A DNA stretch of 42,702 bases. Source: Candidatus Moranbacteria bacterium GW2011_GWC2_37_8. Its GTDB lineage: Bacteria > Patescibacteriota > Minisyncoccia > Moranbacterales > GWC2-37-73. Every line of letters starts with the position of its first letter. The stretch's first letter is position 1. Below are positions 19,986-26,900 of the stretch, piece by piece. The notes beneath the pieces were generated by a model, which worked only from the letters and a program-made list of their open reading frames with translations, had not been told where the DNA came from and ran no database searches. Where the stretch lies: the NCBI GenBank assembly GCA_000992165.1, contig LBTS01000001.1:705-43406 (forward strand), in the 5' to 3' direction. The translations under genes and the position numbers were made by a program.

Positions 19986-20639
19986 TTACTGATTACTAAG
20001 AATTTTAGTCAGCGGACAATTTTCGTGGTCGTGTTTCTTGGCTGCGCAATATCTGCGCCCATAATCAATCAATAAAAAAGTTATTTGATTCCACTGCTTA
20101 CGAGGAAAAATTTGCATCAGATCCTGTTCAATTTTATTCGGGTCCTTATATTCACTAAGCTTCAATAGATTAGCCAGGCGTCTGACATGCGTGTCCACTG
20201 CTATTCCCACTACAACTCCGCAAGCATTACCTAAAATTATGTTGGCTGTTTTGCGAGCAACACCGGGAAGCTCAACGAGCTGCTCCATAGTGCAGGGGAT
20301 TTCCCCTTTATATTTTTCTTTGATTATCTTAGCAGTCGCAAGAATATTTTTAGCTTTATTATGATAAAAGCCAGTAGAATGAATACCCTGCTCAAACTCA
20401 ATCAAATCAGCTTTCACATAATCATCAAGTGACTTATATTTTTTAAATAATTTTTCTGTCACAACATTGACCATCTTATCAGTGCATTGCGCGCTCAAAA
20501 CAACAGCTACTAAAAGCTCCCAAGAATTAGAAAAATTCAAAGCGATTTTCGCATCAGGAAAAAGTTTCTTCAATTCTTTGAAAATTATCTTTGCCCGTTT
20601 GCGACGTTCAGATATTTCTTCTTCAGAGAGCTTTAACAT
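19986..20639 (-). CDS. nth: Endonuclease III with a non-canonical C-terminal metal motif
   Basis: LSAQCTD, HhH LPGVARKTAN, AVDTHV. Confidence 0.93.
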   Translation of the reverse strand: MLKLSEEEISERRKRAKIIFKELKKLFPDAKIALNFSNSWELLVAVVLSAQCTDKMVNVVTEKLFKKYKSLDDYVKADLIEFEQGIHSTGFYHNKAKNILATAKIIKEKYKGEIPCTMEQLVELPGVARKTANIILGNACGVVVGIAVDTHVRRLANLLKLSEYKDPNKIEQDLMQIFPRKQWNQITFLLIDYGRRYCAAKKHDHENCPLTKILSNQ

Positions 20640-20855
20640 CTACTTTCTATTTAAAATATAAAGATTATTTTCATATGAAAGTGAATATTTCCTGCCAGAC
20701 TGATCTTCAAAAAGAGCTACGCGATAATTTTTAGCATAAACAAAAAATACCTTTGCATATTCACTTTCCAACCTATCATTCAAATAAAACATGCCATCTT
20801 CATGTTCTTTTTCATACATCAGGTGATAACCATGCACAAATTTTTCCAAAGCCAT
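20640..20855 (-). CDS. Hypothetical protein
   Basis: ORF abutting the nth start; MALEK start preferred. Confidence 0.6.
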   Translation of the reverse strand: MALEKFVHGYHLMYEKEHEDGMFYLNDRLESEYAKVFFVYAKNYRVALFEDQSGRKYSLSYENNLYILNRK

Positions 20856-20918
20856 AATATAGTATTTTTTATATTTATAGCTTAATTTAAGCACATTCAT
20901 GCATTTTTCTCAATATAG

Positions 20919-20948
20919 AAAAGGTGGGTATTTAAATACCCACCTTTT
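20919..20948 (-). terminator. Terminator after the VOC gene
   Basis: AAAAGGTGGGTA/TACCCACCTTTT. Confidence 0.75.
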
Positions 20949-20956
20949 TAAAAGAT

Positions 20957-21352
20957 TTACTCTGGTTTCCAATCAGTCGGTTGCATGAGTCCAAAGCGGT
21001 TTCCTTCAGTGTCTTTCGCCATCGCGAACCATCCTACACCTGGAATTTCTGATTTTTCTTTAGTTATCGCGCCTCCATTTGTTTTGACTGCCTCCATGGA
21101 TTTTTCCAAATCATCCACTGCAATCGTGCAATCATAAAGATAAAACTTTTCATCCTCCTTTCCTGATCTCTTATACAATCCGCCATTAATCCCTGGTTCT
21201 CCTGGTTTTTTCGTCTCTATTCCCCAATAATCCATGCCGCCTTCCTCTTTTTTCATCATCTGTGATATTTTCCAGCCCAAAGCTTTTTCATAAAACTTCT
21301 TAGCCCTTTCAATATCATCAGCTTGAATCTCAAAATGTATCACTGTGTTCAT
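20957..21352 (-). CDS. VOC (glyoxalase/bleomycin resistance) family protein
   Basis: VIHFEI.ADD..RA.KFY...GW, GINGG, DTEGNRFGL. Confidence 0.92.
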   Translation of the reverse strand: MNTVIHFEIQADDIERAKKFYEKALGWKISQMMKKEEGGMDYWGIETKKPGEPGINGGLYKRSGKEDEKFYLYDCTIAVDDLEKSMEAVKTNGGAITKEKSEIPGVGWFAMAKDTEGNRFGLMQPTDWKPE

Positions 21353-21516
21353 ATGTTTATGTTTGAAAAAATAATTAACTATCTTGTGACGTATAATACA
21401 ATGTGGTTTAATTTCTCTTTCCTTGGGCTGGCGGAGCCATCATTTATGAATTGCATTATCATTTAGTATCCTGCTATAATCAAGATGTTAGAGTATTCTT
21501 ATTATATTTCTCACCT

Positions 21517-21984
21517 ATGAATAATAAACCTCTTATCACTCTATTCGAGGAAAATGAGATGAATATTGCTGCTCTCTATTCACTCTACGCGCAGCAGCTT
21601 CCAGAGCAAACTGTTTTTTGGAATCGAATGTCCAATGAAGAAATCGGCCACGCCGCGCAAATTGGAAACGAAAAAGATGACAGCGAAGAAGCCATTCCTG
21701 AAAACAAGTTTTCACGCGGCATCATCAAATATTTGATGGATTTTGTATTGGATGAAATAAACAAAGCCCAACATCATCCCCTCTCACACCGCGACGCGCT
21801 GCTTACCGCTCTACGCATCGAGCAATCCATGCTTGAAAGAAAATGCTTTGACCTTTTTCTTCCTACCAAGAAAACGTTGCAAGAGGTTTTTTTCAAGCTC
21901 AACCGCGAAACTGAAAGACACGTGGAATATTTACAAAAAGAAATGAAAAAAAATAAGTTCAGTTTCAAAGAACCTTCCAAGTGA
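21517..21984 (+). CDS. Ferritin-like/rubrerythrin-like protein
   Basis: Diiron-type E...EExxH and E...ExxH pattern (EEIGH, ETERH); TTGCAT-18-TATAAT at 21451-21480. Confidence 0.65.
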   Translation: MNNKPLITLFEENEMNIAALYSLYAQQLPEQTVFWNRMSNEEIGHAAQIGNEKDDSEEAIPENKFSRGIIKYLMDFVLDEINKAQHHPLSHRDALLTALRIEQSMLERKCFDLFLPTKKTLQEVFFKLNRETERHVEYLQKEMKKNKFSFKEPSK

Positions 21985-22109
21985 TACAGCGAATGAAAAC
22001 TTAGCCCTCAAAAAAATTACGTAACTAATTACGTAATTTTTTGTTTATGCCGAGGTTGCGGGAGTCAATCCGAACTTATTTGATTGAATATGGGTATTAA
22101 ATTCAGCTA

Positions 22110-22170
22110 TTGCCTTATTTGTTATAATTTGCTATAATGTAACTAGGAAGGGTTTTTAATACCCCCTTAA
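22110..22170 (+). promoter_or_regulatory. Promoter and possible operator of the abiE operon
   Basis: TTGCCT-17-TATAAT (22110-22138), followed by an imperfect inverted repeat AAGGG...CCCTT. Confidence 0.65.
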
Positions 22171-22178
22171 GTAAACAT

Positions 22179-22775
22179 ATGGATAATAAACCAGCAAAAA
22201 GAGCCTATTTAGAGGCAATATTAAGATCAGCTCGAACAGTCTTTTCTTCAAAAGACGCTGCTTTGATGTGGAATGAGAATAATGTGGCCACTATCAATGA
22301 CAGATTAAAGAAATATGTTAAAACCGGAAAATTGATCAGAGTGCATCAAGGTTTTTATGCTAAAGATGAAAATTATGACCGCATGGAGTTAGCATCTAAA
22401 ATATATACCCCCTCTTATATCAGTTTTGAAACCGTTTTGACTCGCGAAGGAATCAATTTCCAATATTACGGAAATATTTTTATTGCATCCTATTTGAATC
22501 GCGAAATTGAAGCCAATGGTCAGAAAATATCCTATGTACGCATGAAAAATTATGTATTGAGCAATGCAGTAGGAATTGAACATCGAAATGATGTCGCTTG
22601 GGCAACCAAGGAGCGCGCCTTTTTAGATCGATTATATGTCACCAAGGAATATCACTTTGATAATTTGAACCCATTGGATTGGGACAAGGTTTTTGAAATT
22701 GTGCCAATCTATAACAACAAGCGATTAGAAAAGAAGGTTAAAGAATACTATACTAATTTTGTAAACAAAAAGTAA
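22179..22775 (+). CDS. AbiEi-family antitoxin (type IV toxin-antitoxin)
   Basis: N-terminal wHTH (GKLIRVHQGFY), PSYISFET, ATKERAFLD; coupled to the toxin gene. Confidence 0.85.
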   Translation: MDNKPAKRAYLEAILRSARTVFSSKDAALMWNENNVATINDRLKKYVKTGKLIRVHQGFYAKDENYDRMELASKIYTPSYISFETVLTREGINFQYYGNIFIASYLNREIEANGQKISYVRMKNYVLSNAVGIEHRNDVAWATKERAFLDRLYVTKEYHFDNLNPLDWDKVFEIVPIYNNKRLEKKVKEYYTNFVNKK

Positions 22776-22776
22776 T

Positions 22777-23469
22777 ATGTTTAATTACGCAAAACACAAA
22801 AGCATTCTATTGCAGATTCTAAAGGATGTGTACACCGACACCACCATTTCACCTTATCTCGGTTTCAAGGGTGGGACAGCTGCCTTGTTATTTTATGGAT
22901 TGAATAGAAACTCTGTCGATTTGGATTTTGATCTTTTAGACGACACTAAGGAAAAAGAAGTTTTTGAAAAGTTGCAAAAAATAGTTACCAAGTACGGCAC
23001 GGTTGAAGATTCACATATAAAACGTTTCAATCTGCTTAATGTCATTTCATACGCAACTGGGGCACAGAAAATTAAGGTTGAGGTTAACCGGAGGCAGTTC
23101 GGTTCTCACTATGAAATAAAAACATTTCTGGGAATTTCCATGTTGGTTATGACTCCGCCTGACATGTTTGCTCATAAGCTCATGGCTATGTATGAACGAA
23201 TTGGCAAAACAAGTCGGGATATTTTTGATGTGTATTATTTCTACAAACAAGGCTGGGAAATAAACAAAGAGATTGTCGAGCAAAGAGCGGAAATGTCATT
23301 CAAAGAATTGCTACTCAAATGCGTTGGAATGCTGGAAAAAACAGACAACAAACATATTCTTGATGGCTTAGGAGAATTCCTGAGCGAACAACAAAAAGAT
23401 TGGTCTCGCGCCAAACTTAAAAGTGAAACGATATTCTTTTTGAAAATGGCAGTTGAAAATGAGAAATAG
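22777..23469 (+). CDS. AbiEii/AbiGii-family nucleotidyltransferase toxin
   Basis: FKGGTA, RNSVDLDF, KIKVEV, HKL...RDIFD. Confidence 0.9.
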   Translation: MFNYAKHKSILLQILKDVYTDTTISPYLGFKGGTAALLFYGLNRNSVDLDFDLLDDTKEKEVFEKLQKIVTKYGTVEDSHIKRFNLLNVISYATGAQKIKVEVNRRQFGSHYEIKTFLGISMLVMTPPDMFAHKLMAMYERIGKTSRDIFDVYYFYKQGWEINKEIVEQRAEMSFKELLLKCVGMLEKTDNKHILDGLGEFLSEQQKDWSRAKLKSETIFFLKMAVENEK

Positions 23470-23598
23470 ATTGCAATCTTCGAACCCATAATTCTTGCTT
23501 TAAATAAAACGAAAACAGACTCCTTTGCAGAAGTCTGTCCTCACTTGTCGAGGTTGTGGGAATCGATACGAACTTATTTGATTGAACATGGGTATTGA
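23470..23598 (+). other. attP-like junction encoding a start-less recombinase C-terminal fragment
   Basis: Reads FEPIILALNKTKTDSFAEVCPHLS-RLWESIRTYLIEHGY*, versus recombinase ...TKAKTDALTSVRAHWS; shares the TT(A/C)GAAC motif, ACAGA/TCTGT hairpin and GTCG core. Confidence 0.7.
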
Positions 23599-23606
23599 AA
23601 AACAGA

Positions 23607-23645
23607 AAACCCACCGAAGCAGATTTTCCGCTGGTGGGTTTTTTT
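23607..23645. terminator. Terminator after the small minus-strand gene
   Basis: AAAACCCACC/GGTGGGTTTT. Confidence 0.65.
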
Positions 23646-23868
23646 AGTTGAAGCCTTCAATGAATTTTTTAACTTCCTCGCGCGAACGCAAGTTGCCTGT
23701 CATCTTTAGCATCATGCCAAGCTGAATTGCAGGGTGGCCAGCTGTTTCGGTATGTTTTCCCAAATCAGAAAACATAGATGTCATTGCATTTTCCAGGTCG
23801 CCACGCTCAATATATTCCAGAGCGCGCTTTTTGCACCAATCCATGTGTTCTTGCCGTGTCTTTTCCAT
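23644..23868 (-). CDS. Small hypothetical protein (74 aa), cargo of cassette B
   Basis: RBS AGGAGG before ATG 23868; TTGACA-17-TATGCT promoter at about 23999-23971. Confidence 0.8.
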   Translation of the reverse strand: MEKTRQEHMDWCKKRALEYIERGDLENAMTSMFSDLGKHTETAGHPAIQLGMMLKMTGNLRSREEVKKFIEGFN

Positions 23869-24135
23869 GTGATTCCTCCTTGTTGGTGGTATGTGAATGA
23901 AAACTGCGCCAATTTGCCAATATGCTAAATCCATTTTTCAGATTTAGATTTTTCAAGTTACTAACAAACAAGCATAGCATATCAAAGCTAATTTGTCAAG
24001 CACCCCAGCGATTCTCTCTTATTTAAGCCTAAATATTAACTCCCGCAGTTGTTAGGCGTGCAAAAAATTCCATTTTTTGCTTACAGGCCGTATTTCAAAT
24101 CGTTCCGACGGCAGTCAAGGGAGTAAAGCCGAGCG

Positions 24136-24357
24136 ATGGGGCGCAGGGATTTACGCGTCACTCTTTCGTCGACACTCAAGAGTTCCTTGTCCTGGGCAGC
24201 GCTGAATGCTCCTATGGTCGCATCCATCGACGCACACTGCGTTATTGTTCTGCTGAACAATAACTTGTTTAGCTTCTGCCCGTTCGAATCCTTGCGCAAG
24301 ATACATAAGAAAAACAGGATGACTCAAAAAGTCATCCTGTTTTTCTTATGTATGTCG
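24136..24357. repeat. tRNA-Pro-associated palindromic element, displaced from the tRNA by the recombinase element
   Basis: GGGGCGCAGGGATT (24138-24151) is identical to 28490-28503; inverted T-arm copy GTTCGAATCCTTGCGC; 24-bp perfect stem at 24301-24353. Confidence 0.8.
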
Positions 24358-24690
24358 AGTGTCGTAGGTCGTGTTAGAACGGCAATTCAAGAGTCAAATG
24401 CTTACATCCATATACCCGACTTGAAGGAGTTTGCTTGAAAAATTCACTGTATCATATCTTATAGTTTGCGTATGCTGATGTTGACCATCAGTTTTTTTGT
24501 TTTTCAATATGTGGGGTGCTTATGTTTCAATGAAGTCAAGCTTTGGAGTTAAAATCACTTGCTCCCATCTCAGCTAAATTTCTAATATGTAATAAGACTT
24601 ACTATAAATAGTTAGCAATAAAAAAAAGCCAGAGTTTTTACGCTCTGGCTATTATGCGAATTTCTTGCTTAGTCTTTTCAGGACATCTTT

Positions 24691-25551
24691 CTAATTATTC
24701 TGAAAAAACAATTCGTTTACTTTCTCTATAACTTTTTTTGAGTCATCTTCTGAAAGCAAAGCTCTTTTTTCAAGAAGGTCTTCCCATCTTGAATTGATAT
24801 CCCATCTCTGTTGTTCAGCAGTCTCAACATAGGAAGCTCCAACCGCCGTATGACCTCCCGTAACCTTGCCCTTTTCGTCTCTTGTTTTTTCCCAGCCTGT
24901 AATGGTTTTATCCTCAAGTCCATCGAGTAATTGTGGGAATAAACCGTTTGTTGACCTCAAGGAATAAAATATATTTCCAATCAAAACACTGCTAGGTTTA
25001 GTTTTTTCTAGTGACGAAATAAAATCAACAAACACTCGGTAGTTAGGATGACCTTCGATATATTTAAGCACTACTCTCATGTTATCACTGCGTTCTAAAA
25101 CTGGTTCAGGGTTTTCATTTACAAGTTTATCCCAAAAGGCTTTTGCAACTTCTTGATTTTTTGCACGGTCAAGGGATGCAACAATGAAAGAAAAATTTTC
25201 CAGTTCATGGTCAAATGTACCCGTGTTGTATTTATCCAGCAAAGGTTTCAATGATGTTTTGTTTATCATTTCTACTAACTGCTTAGGGTCTGTTTCAAGC
25301 CCCTCACGATTACCATTCATCACATCATTCATAAGCTGATTAAACTTACGAAACGCATTGATACGTTCATTTACATTTTTTTCAATGCCTGCTTCATTTG
25401 CAATAGTTTCTACAACCTCTTTAAGCTCTTCCTGTTTCTTTATAAGTTGTTCTCTCTCATTGCTCATCTTGCTTTCCTCTGGAGACATCATTGACTTTGC
25501 CTTGAACTCTTCTTTGATGGTTGGATTGTATCCCATTTTTTCATTTTCCAT
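24691..25551 (-). CDS. Hypothetical helical protein (element cargo)
   Basis: 286-aa ORF with RBS AAGGGGGA; no recognised family. Confidence 0.75.
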   Translation of the reverse strand: MENEKMGYNPTIKEEFKAKSMMSPEESKMSNEREQLIKKQEELKEVVETIANEAGIEKNVNERINAFRKFNQLMNDVMNGNREGLETDPKQLVEMINKTSLKPLLDKYNTGTFDHELENFSFIVASLDRAKNQEVAKAFWDKLVNENPEPVLERSDNMRVVLKYIEGHPNYRVFVDFISSLEKTKPSSVLIGNIFYSLRSTNGLFPQLLDGLEDKTITGWEKTRDEKGKVTGGHTAVGASYVETAEQQRWDINSRWEDLLEKRALLSEDDSKKVIEKVNELFFQNN

Positions 25552-25707
25552 AGTTTTGTTCCCCCTTGTTAAATTACTTATTTATTTTTTGATTATTATG
25601 GCTTCATTGAGCTCATTTACATCCATTATAGCATGCTTTACGGCTTTTGTCTATCCTTTCATCATATTTACTGATATAGTTTGTGTATATCAATAAAATA
25701 CATTAGC

Positions 25708-26328
25708 ATGAAAAAATTAAAATTAGATTCAGATTTTATTTGGATACTTAAAACAATCAAGCATATCAGCAATGCAAACAATGGCAATGCGTTTGAATAT
25801 CTCTTTGATGACGTGCTAACCCTTGAAGGTGCGCCGGCTGTAAGAAGCATCCATGAAGGCACGATTAGCCAGTTTGAGGCAATGGGTGTGATTAGCGCAC
25901 AGGAAATAGGCAATGCCTTACATGATGGAGTATTCAAATTGGAGGGATTCAAGATTCAAATTTTGAAATCCAAGTTTGATGAAATTCAAAAAGAACTATC
26001 CATTCAAAAATCAGCAGTAAAAACTTATACTTCTCATTTTTTCGACAGCAAGGCGCTAATTAAAATCAACACGCAAGACATTCCATTGCCTGCATATGCC
26101 AATGAACACCTTCTTTGCAGAGTTATGTTTGAATACATGATAGGAGAACCAGTGGATTGGTCTATTATTTTTGAAAAAATGACAGGTGATGAGCCCAAGG
26201 ATAAAAATAAGAATTCAAGAATGGTCAGAGATACCATGCATGCAGTCAATGAACGAATCCATGAGCTTGCAAAAACAGAAAGAGACCTTTTTGAATGGAA
26301 AAACAAATGCATCAAAAGACTTTTTTGA
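25708..26328 (+). CDS. Hypothetical protein with a probable C-terminal winged-helix DNA-binding domain
   Basis: C-terminus (...VDWSIIFEKM...MVRDTMHAVNERI...LFEWKNKCIKR) resembles the OmpR/ToxR wHTH layout; inference. Confidence 0.55.
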   Translation: MKKLKLDSDFIWILKTIKHISNANNGNAFEYLFDDVLTLEGAPAVRSIHEGTISQFEAMGVISAQEIGNALHDGVFKLEGFKIQILKSKFDEIQKELSIQKSAVKTYTSHFFDSKALIKINTQDIPLPAYANEHLLCRVMFEYMIGEPVDWSIIFEKMTGDEPKDKNKNSRMVRDTMHAVNERIHELAKTERDLFEWKNKCIKRLF

Positions 26329-26332
26329 AAAT

Positions 26333-26378
26333 GTGAGTCAGTGAGTCACAGGTGAGTCACATCCACAAATTATACCAT
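26333..26378 (+). promoter_or_regulatory. Triple GTGAGTCA direct repeat upstream of a TACCAT -10-like box
   Basis: GTGAGTCA at 26333, 26341 and 26352; TACCAT at 26373-26378. Confidence 0.55.
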
Positions 26379-26440
26379 TGAGCCAAGATTTATATTTTGG
26401 CTTTTTTGTTTTGCAAAACATTACCGCCGAACCCATACTC

Positions 26441-26644
26441 ATGCAATTCAGTGATGAATCAATAGAAAAATTTCGAATGCTCTACTCTCAGCGTTTCGGC
26501 AAAGACCTTGACCGCAAGACTGCTTTTGAATATGCACAGAAACTTTTTCGAGCCATTGAACTCACTTATGTTCAGATGTCAGTTGCAGACTTCAAAAATT
26601 TGCAAAAGCGTCGCAAAGAAACTAAGCCAGATTCTCACCATTAG
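26441..26644 (+). CDS. Small basic helical protein upstream of the recombinase
   Basis: MQFSDESIEKFRMLYSQRFGKDLDRKTAFE..., 67 aa from ATG 26441. Confidence 0.7.
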   Translation: MQFSDESIEKFRMLYSQRFGKDLDRKTAFEYAQKLFRAIELTYVQMSVADFKNLQKRRKETKPDSHH

Positions 26645-26863
26645 CAAAATTTCGCTACCTAAGCCATTTTCTCAGCTTTAGCACTCATCCATGCATCACG
26701 CAGTCTATAGCCATTCACCGCAGTCATAATCCAAATACTCTCAATAAGTCCTATTGCTAACCATTCATCAAATACATTTATGCGAGCCAGAGCTTCTCCA
26801 AAATCATATCAGATACGACGTTAGAAATAATTCTTAACCTTGGGCAGTATTGTGTATAAAATG

Positions 26864-26900
26864 GCTTGTATAAGCCTAAATATCGTCCTATAATACAAGC
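26864..26900 (+). promoter_or_regulatory. Leaderless promoter of the recombinase with an overlapping inverted repeat
   Basis: TTGTAT-17-TATAAT ending 6 bp before the ATG; GCTTGTAT...ATACAAGC inverted repeat. Confidence 0.7.

Larger units (their letters stand above)
22050..23550. mobile_element. Putative non-autonomous att-bounded cassette A carrying the AbiE system
   Basis: Bounded by 49-bp repeats at 22050 and 23548 (43/49 identical); its right end (23479-23550) is homologous to the recombinase 3' end. Confidence 0.7.

Noticed and set aside
20957..22010. VOC and ferritin-like genes as further cassettes
   Set aside because: No core plus GAAC motif found left of 22050; the hairpin at about 22010-22042 looks like the original tRNA terminator.
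24024..24036. 13-bp match TAAGCCTAAATAT to the recombinase promoter spacer (26871-26883)
   Set aside because: Flanking -35/-10 boxes are not shared and the sequence is AT-rich, so chance cannot be excluded.
24136..24300. Possible tmRNA or intron-containing tRNA (starts GGGGCG, ends with a T-loop-like GTTCGAATCC)
   Set aside because: Too short for tmRNA, no acceptor stem or CCA end, no tag frame; both ends are explained as copies of the tRNA-Pro 3' end.
24136..24438. 100-aa ORF (and 24081-24299 on the minus strand) as a real gene
   Set aside because: It runs through the palindromic element; only the last 27 sense codons are meaningful, as the recombinase tail.
26650..26810. Short minus-strand reading frame (YDFGEALARINVF...)
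   Set aside because: Bounded by an in-frame stop upstream with no convincing start or RBS.
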